A DNA stretch of 64,000 bases from the NCBI RefSeq assembly GCF_018373095.1, contig NZ_JAHAHT010000002.1, positions 34-64,033 of the forward strand, given 5' to 3'. The first letter of the stretch is position 1. Every line of letters begins with the position of its first letter. The notes under the pieces are model-generated. The model did no database searches, was not told where the DNA came from, and saw only the letters and a program-made list of their open reading frames with translations. The position numbers were made by a program, and so were the translations under genes. This DNA comes from Haemophilus parahaemolyticus (GTDB lineage: Bacteria > Pseudomonadota > Gammaproteobacteria > Enterobacterales > Pasteurellaceae). Positions 31,087 to 41,006 of the stretch are shown here, piece after piece.

Positions 31087-31785
31087 ATGAAAAAAGTTAT
31101 CTTCCCTACCGCTCAACAAGCAGTCGAAAAAATCGCTCAGGAATTGAAAGCATATAGCGAACAACATCATCCTGTGCATATCTCTCTTTCTGGCGGTTCA
31201 ACGCCCAAATTATTATTTAAAACCTTAGCTCAAGCTCCGTTTGCCAATGAAATTCAATGGCAAAATCTCCATTTCTGGTGGGGGGACGATCGTATGGTTC
31301 CACCACAAGATCCTGAAAGCAATTATGGCGAAGTACAAAAACTGCTCTTCGATCACATCCAAATTCCTGCCGAGAACATTCACCGCATTCGTGGCGAAGA
31401 AAATGTCGAACAAGAATTGGTAAGATTTTCGCAAGAATTGACCGCTTGCGTGCCAGATTTAGCCTTCGATTGGATTATTCTTGGAATGGGCAACGACGGG
31501 CACACCGCCTCGCTTTTCCCACATCAAACTAATTTTGATGATCCGAATGTTGCTGTGATTGCCAAACATCCTGAAACAGGGCAAATTCGCATTTCTAAAA
31601 CCGCGAAATTATTGGAAAACGCCAAGCGTATTACTTACTTAGTGACTGGCACGGCAAAAGCGGAAATTTTGAAAGAAATCCAAGAAACGCCCGCAGAAAA
31701 CTTGCCTTATCCAGCTGCAAAAATTCAGGCAAAAAATGGTGTAACAGAATGGTACTTGGATAAAACGGCAGCTAAATTGCTATAA
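31087..31785 (+). CDS. pgl: 6-phosphogluconolactonase, DevB type
   Basis: ..HISLSGGSTPK.., ..FWWGDDRMVPPQDPESN.., ..LGMGNDGHTASLFP.. motifs. Confidence 0.9.
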   Translation: MKKVIFPTAQQAVEKIAQELKAYSEQHHPVHISLSGGSTPKLLFKTLAQAPFANEIQWQNLHFWWGDDRMVPPQDPESNYGEVQKLLFDHIQIPAENIHRIRGEENVEQELVRFSQELTACVPDLAFDWIILGMGNDGHTASLFPHQTNFDDPNVAVIAKHPETGQIRISKTAKLLENAKRITYLVTGTAKAEILKEIQETPAENLPYPAAKIQAKNGVTEWYLDKTAAKLL

Positions 31786-31818
31786 CAAGTTGAGTATCAA
31801 ATATTACAGGCTTGCAAA

Positions 31819-32211
31819 ATGATAGACTACAAAGTGAATGAACCAATTTCAGTTAAACAATTTATTGAATTGCTAAATAAAACAACGCTCGGGGCACGCC
31901 GTCCGTTAGATGATGAAAAACGTGTCGCGGCAATGTTGCACCATGCGGATTTATTAATCACCGCTTGGGATGGTGAACGATTAGTGGGAGTGGCACGTTC
32001 CGTGACGGATTTTGCCTATTGCTGTTATTTATCTGATTTAGCGGTTGATGAACAATATCAAAAACAAAGTATCGGTTTGCAATTGATTGAACACACTAAA
32101 CAAGCCTTACATCCACAAGCCAAAATTGTGCTGTTATCGGCGCCACAAGCCGTGGATTATTATCCGCATATTGGATTTACACAGCATATGAGTGCATGGA
32201 CAAAGAGTTAA
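31819..32211 (+). CDS. GNAT-family N-acetyltransferase
   Basis: 130 aa with the acetyl-CoA binding segment ..YLSDLAVDEQYQKQSIGLQLIE.. Confidence 0.8.
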   Translation: MIDYKVNEPISVKQFIELLNKTTLGARRPLDDEKRVAAMLHHADLLITAWDGERLVGVARSVTDFAYCCYLSDLAVDEQYQKQSIGLQLIEHTKQALHPQAKIVLLSAPQAVDYYPHIGFTQHMSAWTKS

Positions 32212-32271
32212 TTTATTAGTATTGTACGGACTAAAATAAGATATAGATACATTAGATGCGGAGTGGCTTTA

Positions 32272-32604
32272 ATGTTGAATTTAGATAATAAAAAATTTGT
32301 TGCCGTTAAAAACACCTCAAATGGTGAAGTGAGTAGCCAAACAGAATTTCATTACCATCAACAAGGTAAAATGATTTGGGCCGAATATGGTGGTGGTGAA
32401 ATTTTAAAAGGTTTTTTAATTGGGAAATGGATAAACGACACACAAATTGAGTTCACTTATCAGCATTTAAATCAAGCATTAGAAAATCGTTTAGGGAGTT
32501 GCTTAACAACATTTTCAATTGAAAGTGGAAAATTAATTGGCAATGAACAATGGCAATGGTTAGATACTTTTGAAGAAGGATGCTCTTTAATTAAAGAGGT
32601 TTAA
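32272..32604 (+). CDS. hypothetical protein with a predicted all-beta, lipocalin-like pattern. Start ambiguous: GTG at 32263 or ATG at 32272.
   Basis: A 110-113-aa ORF, AT-rich, with GGAG 8 nt upstream of the ATG. No recognisable motif. Confidence 0.45.
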   Translation: MLNLDNKKFVAVKNTSNGEVSSQTEFHYHQQGKMIWAEYGGGEILKGFLIGKWINDTQIEFTYQHLNQALENRLGSCLTTFSIESGKLIGNEQWQWLDTFEEGCSLIKEV

Positions 32605-32610
32605 TGTCTT

Positions 32611-32630
32611 CTCTCCCTTTGTGGGAGAGG
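32611..32630. repeat. GC-rich palindromic repeat, copy B of CCCTTTGTGGGAGAGG
   Basis: CTCTCCCtttgtGGGAGAGG directly after the hypothetical gene's stop. Confidence 0.45.
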
Positions 32631-32667
32631 ATTAACCAATAAAATCAACATACAACTTGAGGTCTTA

Positions 32668-33975
32668 ATGAATTTAAGAGAAAAAATCGATAATAGCCCA
32701 ATGGGCGTTTACCAGTGGGCAATCGTGTTAATGGCTGCCGTAATGAACTTTTTAGACGGCTTTGACGTGCTTGCCATCGCCTTTACTGCAACCAATATCA
32801 GCAAAGATTTTGGCTTGAGCAAAACCGAATTTGGGATGCTCGTGAGTGCAGGGTTAATTGGTATGGTAATCGGCTCAATGGTGCTGGCACCACTTGCCGA
32901 TAAATTCGGTCGTCGCCCAATTTTATTACTTTCTGTAGCATTTTCTGCAGTGGGTTTGGCGGTTTCTGGATTTTCTACTACATCTGAAATCCTTGCGTTC
33001 TCACGTATTCTTACAGGCTTAGGCGTAGGCGGTATTTTGGTAGGCACTAACGTAATCACTAGCGAATATTCATCGAAAAAATGGCGTAGCTTTGCGATTA
33101 GTGTTTATGCAGCGGGCTTTGGTATCGGTGCGATGATTGGCGGGATTATCGCGAAATCGTTACAAGCCGCTTACTCTTGGCACGCTGTTTACTTTGCTGG
33201 TGCCGTAATGACGGCAGTCGTTTTTGTGGTACTTTGGATTTGGTTACCAGAATCAATCGACTACCTCAATTCAAAACAGCCACAAAATGCTAAAGCACGT
33301 TTAAATAAAATTGCACATAAACTCGGCTTTGCAGGCGAATGGGATTTAACGTCAAAAGCAGAGAAAATGGCAGTAAAATTGCCGATCTGGGAGCTATTTG
33401 GCAAAAAATATCTGCGTTCTACGCTATTATTATGGCTCTCATTTTTTGCGATTATGTTCTGCTTCTACTTCATCAGCTCGTGGACCCCTGCGTTGTTAAA
33501 AGAAGCAGGAATGACCATGGAAGAGAGTATCAATGTGGGAATGATGATCTCGCTTGGCGGTGCAGCAGGCTCATTGGTTTATGGCTTAATCGCCAGCCGC
33601 TGGTCTGCACGTAGCGTGTTGATGCTATTTACTGTAGCGTCTTCAATTGCAATTGTAGTCTTTATTCTTTCAAGTGCGAACCTTGCGATTGCAATGGTAC
33701 TTGGCGTGGTAGTCGGTGCGTTAATTAACGGTTGTATCAGTGGTTTATATACCATCAATCCAGCTACTTACGATGCGGATATTCGCAATACAGGTGTGGG
33801 CTGGGCGATTGGTGCAGGTCGTGCAGGTTCAGTACTTGCTCCAACGGTTGCGGGAATATTGCTTGACTCAGGATGGGAAAAACAAACGCTTTATATCGCT
33901 GTAGCGGGTGTGATGTTAATTGCAACTGTGGCATTAGCCTTTAAGAAATCGCACGTAGAGATTAGAAGACAATAA
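32668..33975 (+). CDS. MFS transporter, aromatic-acid/H+ symporter-like (PcaK/MhpT-type)
   Basis: 12 TM segments. MFS signature G..GR.. loop (LADKFGRRPILLLS) between TM2 and TM3. Confidence 0.85.
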   Translation: MNLREKIDNSPMGVYQWAIVLMAAVMNFLDGFDVLAIAFTATNISKDFGLSKTEFGMLVSAGLIGMVIGSMVLAPLADKFGRRPILLLSVAFSAVGLAVSGFSTTSEILAFSRILTGLGVGGILVGTNVITSEYSSKKWRSFAISVYAAGFGIGAMIGGIIAKSLQAAYSWHAVYFAGAVMTAVVFVVLWIWLPESIDYLNSKQPQNAKARLNKIAHKLGFAGEWDLTSKAEKMAVKLPIWELFGKKYLRSTLLLWLSFFAIMFCFYFISSWTPALLKEAGMTMEESINVGMMISLGGAAGSLVYGLIASRWSARSVLMLFTVASSIAIVVFILSSANLAIAMVLGVVVGALINGCISGLYTINPATYDADIRNTGVGWAIGAGRAGSVLAPTVAGILLDSGWEKQTLYIAVAGVMLIATVALAFKKSHVEIRRQ

Positions 33976-34279
33976 GCGGTCGAATTTTAAGAGCATTTCG
34001 TAAAAATGCTCGAAAGCCTCCTCTTTGCTAAAGTAGGGGGATTCGTTAGAAACGTAAATTTTCACTTAAATTTGACCGCTTGTAGGGGAATTTATGGATC
34101 ATACGTTAATTGTTTTTGATATGGATACACATTGCTTAGAGCGTAATATGTGCAGGAAAATCAGTAGTAAATTGGGAAAAGATAATAAAAATTTAACCAT
34201 TTACAGCCCTTATGCATAACGTAGGATAAAATCAAAAATCATGGTGGGCTAAAGCCTACCCTACCAACAGGAGAAAAAA

Positions 34280-35734
34280 ATGTCAGTAAAAGGCGACATC
34301 GGTGTTATCGGCTTAGCCGTAATGGGGCAGAACCTTATTTTAAATATGAATGATCACGGCTTTAAAGTGGTGGCGTATAACCGCACAACTTCAAAAGTGG
34401 ATGAGTTCTTAGAAGGAGCTGCGAAAGGCACAAACATTATTGGGGCGTATTCTTTAGAAGACTTGGCGTCTAAATTGGAGCGTCCGCGCAAAGTGATGTT
34501 AATGGTGCGTGCGGGTGATGTGGTGGATCAATTTATTGATGCATTATTACCGCACTTGGAAGAAGGCGACATCATTATTGATGGCGGTAACTCAAACTAT
34601 CCAGACACAAACCGTCGTGTGAAAGCCTTAGCGGAGAAAGGTATTCGCTTTATCGGTTCTGGCGTGTCAGGCGGTGAAGAGGGTGCACGTCACGGACCTT
34701 CCATTATGCCAGGCGGTAATGCAGAAGCGTGGCAATATGTGAAACCAATCTTCCAAGCGATCTCGGCGAAAACTGAACAAGCCGAGCCTTGCTGTGACTG
34801 GGTGGGCGGCGAAGGGGCTGGTCATTTCGTGAAAATGGTTCACAACGGTATCGAATATGGTGATATGCAATTAATCTGCGAAGCCTACCAATTCTTAAAA
34901 GAAGGTTTAGGCTTAAGCTACGAAGAGATGCAGTCTATCTTTGCAGAATGGAAAAAAACCGAGCTTGATAGCTACTTAATCGACATCACCACCGACATTC
35001 TTGGCTATAAAGATGCCGACGGCGAGCCGTTAGTAGAAAAAATCTTAGACACTGCAGGTCAAAAAGGGACAGGTAAATGGACGGGTATCAACGCCTTAGA
35101 TTTCGGTATTCCATTAACCTTAATCACTGAATCAGTGTTCGCACGTTGTGTATCTTCATTCAAAGACCAACGTTTAGCCGCAAGCCAACTCTTCAACAAA
35201 ACCATCACACCAGTTGAAGGTGACAAAAAAGTATGGATCGAAGCGGTGCGTAAAGCATTATTAGCTTCAAAAATCATCTCTTACGCACAAGGCTTTATGC
35301 TCATTCGTGAAGCATCAGAACAGTTCGGTTGGAATATCAACTACGGTGCAACCGCATTGTTATGGCGTGAAGGTTGTATCATCCGCAGCCGTTTCTTAGG
35401 CAACATCCGTGATGCGTACGAAGCGAACCCAAATTTAATCTTCTTAGGTTCAGACAGCTACTTCAAAGGCATTTTAGAAAATGCGTTAAGTGACTGGCGT
35501 AAAGTAGTGGCGAAATCGATTGAAGTGGGCATTCCAATGCCTTGTATGGCATCGGCTATCACTTTCTTAGATGGCTACACCTCAGCACGTTTACCAGCAA
35601 ACTTATTACAAGCTCAACGTGACTACTTCGGTGCACACACTTATGAACGCACGGACAAACCACGTGGCGAATTCTTCCACACCAACTGGACGGGGCGTGG
35701 TGGTAATACGGCTTCAACCACTTATGACGTGTAA
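34280..35734 (+). CDS. gnd: 6-phosphogluconate dehydrogenase, decarboxylating
   Basis: MSVKGDIGVIGLAVMGQNLILNMNDHGF... and the full-length Gnd (484 aa). Confidence 0.97.
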   Translation: MSVKGDIGVIGLAVMGQNLILNMNDHGFKVVAYNRTTSKVDEFLEGAAKGTNIIGAYSLEDLASKLERPRKVMLMVRAGDVVDQFIDALLPHLEEGDIIIDGGNSNYPDTNRRVKALAEKGIRFIGSGVSGGEEGARHGPSIMPGGNAEAWQYVKPIFQAISAKTEQAEPCCDWVGGEGAGHFVKMVHNGIEYGDMQLICEAYQFLKEGLGLSYEEMQSIFAEWKKTELDSYLIDITTDILGYKDADGEPLVEKILDTAGQKGTGKWTGINALDFGIPLTLITESVFARCVSSFKDQRLAASQLFNKTITPVEGDKKVWIEAVRKALLASKIISYAQGFMLIREASEQFGWNINYGATALLWREGCIIRSRFLGNIRDAYEANPNLIFLGSDSYFKGILENALSDWRKVVAKSIEVGIPMPCMASAITFLDGYTSARLPANLLQAQRDYFGAHTYERTDKPRGEFFHTNWTGRGGNTASTTYDV

Positions 35735-35778
35735 GTATTAAAATAAAAAGGCAATAATAGACCAAAGTATTGGTAAAA

Positions 35779-35828
35779 ATGAGCTTAGATCTTATAGTAC
35801 AAAGCTTTAAGCTCACTTTTACTAACTG
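35779..35828. terminator. long imperfect hairpin between the convergent gnd and holC
   Basis: GTAAAAATGAGCTTA, a 20-nt loop, then TAAGCTCACTTTTAC. One mismatch. Confidence 0.4.
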
Positions 35829-35850
35829 TTTTGTCTATTATGCCTTTATA

Positions 35851-36279
35851 TTAGGAATTTGTTTGTTCTGTTGAAAGTTGCCAGCCTTGCTGACGATATT
35901 GTTTATAACGCTCGCGGGCTTGGATTTTTTCCGTTTCATCTACAGGTACAAACTCAATGACTTGATTAAAACTCGCTATAAATTCAGGGATTTGCACTTG
36001 CAAGCTAATCAATAAATCGCGACGTTGGGCATTGCGTTTGCCTTTCCAGCTGATTTCAATAGGAGTTGGGTATTGCGTCGTTTCGCCAGAAAGATTATGT
36101 GGTACAAAAGAGTCTGGTTCCTTCATCCAAAGTAGCTCGTCAATCTCCAATGCCTGTTGCTCTGTTTCGCACGCAATCAACACGCGTTTACCTAGCCGCC
36201 ATGCTTTTTCTGCTAAATCACATGCTTGCTCATGAATATTATCTTTATTATTTAAAACATAAAATTGAACTTGTTTCAT
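35851..36279 (-). CDS. holC: DNA polymerase III chi subunit
   Basis: MKQVQFYVLNN...KRVLIACETEQQALEIDELLW...SFVPHN is collinear with E. coli HolC. AAGGAT RBS. Confidence 0.9.
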   Translation of the reverse strand: MKQVQFYVLNNKDNIHEQACDLAEKAWRLGKRVLIACETEQQALEIDELLWMKEPDSFVPHNLSGETTQYPTPIEISWKGKRNAQRRDLLISLQVQIPEFIASFNQVIEFVPVDETEKIQARERYKQYRQQGWQLSTEQTNS

Positions 36280-36587
36280 TGAATTATCCTTGAAAAATAT
36301 AAGATATTTGAATTTAAACGTTGTTTTAGCTGTTCCAAACGGCACTCTGGATCTGTACGTTCAATTAAAGTTTTGGCAAGTGTCATAAGTTATCTTTACA
36401 TCAATAGCTTAACATTACTCTAGCATAATGCTTACTTTATTTCGACATAGAATCATCACCCTTAATATTTTTTTATTTTAATTTATTAAATCTCTAAATA
36501 TGGTTAATGCTTGCAAGATGTGGCTTTGAACGTTACAATGCCAGTCTATTTCCCTGTTTTTTATATACTCACCATTGAGGTTTAAGA

Positions 36588-37889
36588 ATGTCAATTTCTA
36601 TCGAAACTTTAGAAGGCTTACAACGCCGTGTAACAATTACCGTAGCAGCAGATAAAATCGAAGCAGCTTACAAAGAACAGTTAAAAGGCTATGCGAAAAA
36701 CGCTCGCGTAGACGGTTTCCGTAAAGGTAAAGTACCTCACTCAATTATTGAACAACGTTTTGGAGTGGCAGCTCGTCAAGAAGTGTTATCTGATGAAATG
36801 CAACGCGCATTCTTTGATGCCGTTATCGCAGAAAAAATCAACCTTGCAGGTCGTCCAACTTTCACCCCAAACAACTACCAACCAGGTCAAGAGTTCTCTT
36901 TCTCTGTTACTTTTGAAGTGTTCCCAGAAGTAGAATTAAAAGGTTTAGAAAACATCGAAGTTGAAAAACCAGTGGTTGAAATCTCAGATGCAGATTTAGA
37001 CAAAATGGTTGATGTTTTACGCAAACAACAAGCAACTTGGGCAGAAAGCCAAGATGCAGCGAAAGCAGAAGATCGCGTAACAATCGATTTCGTAGGTTCT
37101 GTTGACGGCGAAGAATTCGAAGGCGGTAAAGCAACTGACTTCGTACTTGCAATGGGCCAAGGTCGTATGATCCCTGGTTTTGAAGAGGGTATCGTAGGTC
37201 ACAAAGCGGGCGAGCAATTCGATATCGATGTGACTTTCCCTGCAGAATACCACGCTGAAAACTTAAAAGGTAAAGCAGCAAAATTCGCGATCACCTTGAA
37301 AAAGGTAGAAAATATCGTATTACCTGAATTAACGGAAGAGTTCGTTAAAAAATTCGGTAACGCAAAATCAGTTGAAGATTTACGTGCAGAAATCAAGAAA
37401 AATATGCAACGTGAATTAAACAACGCAGTCACTGCACGTGTGAAAAACCAAGTAATCAATGGTTTAATTGCACAAAACGATATCGAAGTGCCTGCAGCAG
37501 CAGTAGCGGAAGAAGTGGAAGTATTACGTCAACAAGCGGTTCAACGTTTTGGTGGTAAACCAGAAATGGCAGCACAATTACCAGCTGAATTATTCGAAGC
37601 GGAAGCTAAACGCCGTGTTCAAGTAGGTTTATTACTTTCAACGGTTATTGGCTCTAACGAATTAAAAGTGGATGAAGCACGCGTTGAAGCGATGATCGCA
37701 GATATCGCATCAGCTTACGAGCAACCAGCTGAAGTAGTAGAATACTATGCTAAAAACCGTCAATTAACTGAAAATATCCGTAACGTAGTATTAGAAGAGC
37801 AAGCGGTTGATGCAGTATTAGCGAAAGCGAAAGTGACTGAAAAAGCGATGTCATTTGACGAGTTAATGCAATCACAAGTTCAAGCCTAA
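36588..37889 (+). CDS. tig: trigger factor
   Basis: [28 protein letters not shown]...GFRKGKVP is the ribosome-binding signature. Full length, 433 aa. Confidence 0.97.
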   Translation: MSISIETLEGLQRRVTITVAADKIEAAYKEQLKGYAKNARVDGFRKGKVPHSIIEQRFGVAARQEVLSDEMQRAFFDAVIAEKINLAGRPTFTPNNYQPGQEFSFSVTFEVFPEVELKGLENIEVEKPVVEISDADLDKMVDVLRKQQATWAESQDAAKAEDRVTIDFVGSVDGEEFEGGKATDFVLAMGQGRMIPGFEEGIVGHKAGEQFDIDVTFPAEYHAENLKGKAAKFAITLKKVENIVLPELTEEFVKKFGNAKSVEDLRAEIKKNMQRELNNAVTARVKNQVINGLIAQNDIEVPAAAVAEEVEVLRQQAVQRFGGKPEMAAQLPAELFEAEAKRRVQVGLLLSTVIGSNELKVDEARVEAMIADIASAYEQPAEVVEYYAKNRQLTENIRNVVLEEQAVDAVLAKAKVTEKAMSFDELMQSQVQA

Positions 37890-37898
37890 TCTTTAAAG

Positions 37899-37972
37899 CC
37901 GCTCCGCTGTGAGCGGTTTTCGTGTACAAGCGGTTTGTTTTCGCAAAACTTTTGCAAAATTTGACCGCTTGA
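37899..37972. terminator. tig terminator hairpin followed by an inverted USS pair
   Basis: CCGCTCcgctgtGAGCGGTTTT, then ACAAGCGGT...ACCGCTTG. Confidence 0.6.
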
Positions 37973-38003
37973 TTTGCATTATTTGCAACCAAAGAGAGGA
38001 TTT

Positions 38004-38447
38004 ATGGACTTAACGTTTACTCAACAACTTCAACAATTTATTGCAAATCATCCATTGCTAATTGCGGCGTGGGTGGCAGTATTTGTGATTACCCTTTATA
38101 CCTTATTCAAAGGGGCAACCAGCAAATTCAAAGTGATTGAAAATGCCGAAGCAGTGCAATTGGTAAATAATGAAGAAGGTGTGTTCTTAGATGTGCGTAC
38201 TGATGATGAATTTCGTAAAGGGCACATTGTGGAAAGCCACTTAATTCACCCAAGCGACATTAAAGATGGCAAAACCACTTCAATCGACAAATTCAAAGCT
38301 CGCCCAGTTATCGTGATGGATGGTAACGGTTTCGGTGCAACCAAAATTGCAGAACAGCTTGTTAAACACGGCTTTGAAAAAGTTTATGCACTTAAAGAAG
38401 GTATGATGGGCTGGAAAACTGCAAATCTGCCGACAGTAAAAAAATAA
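38004..38447 (+). CDS. yibN: membrane-anchored rhodanese-domain protein, YibN-like
   Basis: An N-terminal TM helix plus a rhodanese fold (..VFLDVRTDDEFRKGHIVESHLI..). The yibN-secB-gpsA-cysE synteny matches E. coli. Confidence 0.85.
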   Translation: MDLTFTQQLQQFIANHPLLIAAWVAVFVITLYTLFKGATSKFKVIENAEAVQLVNNEEGVFLDVRTDDEFRKGHIVESHLIHPSDIKDGKTTSIDKFKARPVIVMDGNGFGATKIAEQLVKHGFEKVYALKEGMMGWKTANLPTVKK

Positions 38448-38456
38448 GGAAATAAT

Positions 38457-38975
38457 ATGGCTGAAGAAAACAAAGTTGCTGAAACAGCAGAACAAGAAGC
38501 ACAACAATTCGAATTCCAAATTCAACGCATCTATGTCAAAGATGTTTCTTTCGAAGCACCAAACCTACCCACCATCTTCAATCAAGAATGGGCACCCAAA
38601 TTAGCTTTTGAACTGGATACTGAAACGCGTGAATTAGGCGAAAATCTTTACGAGGTAGTATTACATATTAATGTTTCAACTACATTAGAAGGCAGTGGCG
38701 ACACCGCATTCATTTGTGAAGTAAAACAAGCGGGTGTATTTACCATCAAAGGTTTAGAAGGCATCCAATTGGCTCACTGCTTATCAGCGCAATGCCCAGA
38801 AATTCTTTACCCTTATGCTCGTGAATTAATCGCAAGCCTAGTAAACCGCGGTACATTCCCAGCATTAAATCTTTCTCCAGTAAACTTTAATGCACTATTT
38901 GCGGATTACCTTGATCGTTTAGAAGCTGCATCAGCGGAAGAAGACGAAGAGAAAAGTAAAGAAAAAGCAAACTAA
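38457..38975 (+). CDS. secB: protein-export chaperone SecB
   Basis: ..[17 protein letters not shown].. and an acidic C-terminus. 172 aa. Confidence 0.95.
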   Translation: MAEENKVAETAEQEAQQFEFQIQRIYVKDVSFEAPNLPTIFNQEWAPKLAFELDTETRELGENLYEVVLHINVSTTLEGSGDTAFICEVKQAGVFTIKGLEGIQLAHCLSAQCPEILYPYARELIASLVNRGTFPALNLSPVNFNALFADYLDRLEAASAEEDEEKSKEKAN

Positions 38976-38991
38976 TTTTGTTTTTTAGAAA

Positions 38992-39022
38992 GAATAGGTA
39001 TGTGAAAACATACCTATTTTTT
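38992..39022 (+). terminator. rho-independent terminator after secB
   Basis: AATAGGTATGtgaaaaCATACCTATTTTTTT. Confidence 0.7.
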
Positions 39023-39098
39023 TAGATGCGATATAATAAAACATATTCATTTTCCTCTAGTCCATAAAAGAAAGAGGAAACGTTCAAAAGGAAGAATT

Positions 39099-40109
39099 AT
39101 GACCGCAACCTACTCTGCCCCGGTTACCGTGCTTGGTGCAGGCTCTTACGGCACAGCTTTAGCTATTGCACTTGCACGCAACGGACACAAAACTTACCTC
39201 TGGGGACATCAGCCTGAAGCAATGGCAAAATTGGCTGAAGAGAGAATGAACCAAGCCTTTTTGCCTGATATCCCTTTCCCCGAAGCCCTTGACATTGAAA
39301 GCAATTTGGCACAAGCATTAAGTAAAGCACGTGATTTACTGATTGTTGTTCCAAGCCACGTATTTGCCGAAGTGCTACAAAATATCAAACCGTTTATTCG
39401 CCCTGAACATCGTATTATGTGGGCAACCAAAGGCTTAGAACGCAACACAGGTCGATTATTGCAAACGGTGGCTGAAGAGATTTTAGGTAAATCACACTCA
39501 CTAGCGGTCTTATCTGGCCCTACTTTTGCAAAAGAGCTCGCAGCTGGTTTGCCTACCGCTATTGCGCTTGCTTCAAACGACTCACAATTTGCGGATGAAA
39601 TGCAGCAACGCATTCATTGCTCAAAAACTTTCCGTGTCTATATCAACAATGATATGGTCGGTGTTCAATTAGGTGGAGCGATTAAAAATGTAATTGCAAT
39701 TGGGGCAGGTGTTTCAGATGGAATGGGCTTCGGGGCAAATGCTCGCACCGCGTTGATTACCCGTGGTTTGGTTGAAATCAGCCGTTTAGGTGCTTCGCTT
39801 GGAGCTGATCCAAAAACCTTTATGGGAATGGCAGGCTTGGGCGATTTGGTGCTTACTTGTACCGATAACCAATCACGCAACCGTCGTTTCGGTTTAGCAT
39901 TGGGACAAGGCAAAAAAGCAGACGATATTATTGAAGAAATCGGGCAAGTGGTAGAGGGTTTCTACAACACTAAAGAGGCTTATTTACTCGCCCAAAAACA
40001 AGGGGTAGAAATGCCCATCGTCGAGCAAATCTACCAAATGCTGTTCGAAGGAAAAAGTGCCGTGGATGTTGCCAAAGCTTTGTTAGGACGCGAGCGTAAA
40101 GGCGAGTAA
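39099..40109 (+). CDS. gpsA: NAD(P)H-dependent glycerol-3-phosphate dehydrogenase
   Basis: ..[22 protein letters not shown].. Rossmann motif and the full-length GpsA. Confidence 0.96.
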   Translation: MTATYSAPVTVLGAGSYGTALAIALARNGHKTYLWGHQPEAMAKLAEERMNQAFLPDIPFPEALDIESNLAQALSKARDLLIVVPSHVFAEVLQNIKPFIRPEHRIMWATKGLERNTGRLLQTVAEEILGKSHSLAVLSGPTFAKELAAGLPTAIALASNDSQFADEMQQRIHCSKTFRVYINNDMVGVQLGGAIKNVIAIGAGVSDGMGFGANARTALITRGLVEISRLGASLGADPKTFMGMAGLGDLVLTCTDNQSRNRRFGLALGQGKKADDIIEEIGQVVEGFYNTKEAYLLAQKQGVEMPIVEQIYQMLFEGKSAVDVAKALLGRERKGE

Positions 40110-40120
40110 AAAGGAAGAAT

Positions 40121-40939
40121 ATGATAAACGCACAACAACAAGCCATCATCTGGCAAGAGATCCGTCAAGAAGCACAGGAATTAGTGGAAAGCGAACCCAT
40201 GCTTGCCAGCTTTTTCCACTCGACTATTTTAAAACACCTTAATCTCGGCAGTTCGTTGAGCTATATTTTGGCGAACAAGTTAGAAAATCCTATTATGCCT
40301 GCGATTGCTCTAAAAGAAATTATTGAAGAGGCATATCGTGCAGATCCGCAAATAATTTTGAGTGCAGCCTGCGATATTGATGCGGTTCGTACCCGAGACC
40401 CTGCGGTAGATAAGTGGACAACGCCGCTGCTTTATCTCAAAGGCTTCCACGCCTTACAAAGCTATCGCGTAACCCATTATTTGTGGAAGCAAGGTCGCAA
40501 AGCGTTAGCAGTTTATCTACAAAATGAGATCTCCGTCGCGTTTGATGTGGATATTCACCCTGCTGCACGCGTCGGCTGTGGCATTATGTTTGACCACGCA
40601 ACAGGTATTGTCGTGGGCGAAACTGCGGTAATCGAAAATGATGTGTCGATTCTGCAAGGTGTGACTCTTGGTGGTACAGGAAAAGAACATGGTGATCGTC
40701 ACCCGAAAATTCGCGAGGGCGTGATGATTGGTGCAGGTGCAAAAATTCTTGGCAATATCGAAATTGGGCAATACGCGAAAATTGGAGCAAATTCGGTGGT
40801 GCTTCAGCCTGTACCCGATCACGCCACTGCTGCGGGTGTACCTGCCAAAATTATCAGTAAATCTTCCGACCAAAAACCTGCCTTTGATATGAACCAATAT
40901 TTTGAGGATACCCAAGGAATGTTTGGAGATGGGATTTAA
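40121..40939 (+). CDS. cysE: serine O-acetyltransferase
   Basis: SATase N-terminal domain plus hexapeptide repeats (..GIVVGETAVIENDVSILQGVTLGGTGKE..). Confidence 0.96.
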   Translation: MINAQQQAIIWQEIRQEAQELVESEPMLASFFHSTILKHLNLGSSLSYILANKLENPIMPAIALKEIIEEAYRADPQIILSAACDIDAVRTRDPAVDKWTTPLLYLKGFHALQSYRVTHYLWKQGRKALAVYLQNEISVAFDVDIHPAARVGCGIMFDHATGIVVGETAVIENDVSILQGVTLGGTGKEHGDRHPKIREGVMIGAGAKILGNIEIGQYAKIGANSVVLQPVPDHATAAGVPAKIISKSSDQKPAFDMNQYFEDTQGMFGDGI

Positions 40940-41006
40940 CCTAGTTTATCTAGTTTAGCGAAACATAAAGAACCTGAAATATAATGAATGGCATATGACA
41001 AAATGG

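Noticed and set aside
36748-37459. Several ORFs in other frames within tig (36748..36933+, 36907..37281-, 37017..37253-, 37199..37459-)
   Set aside because: They are embedded in the full-length trigger factor gene and are artefacts of codon bias.
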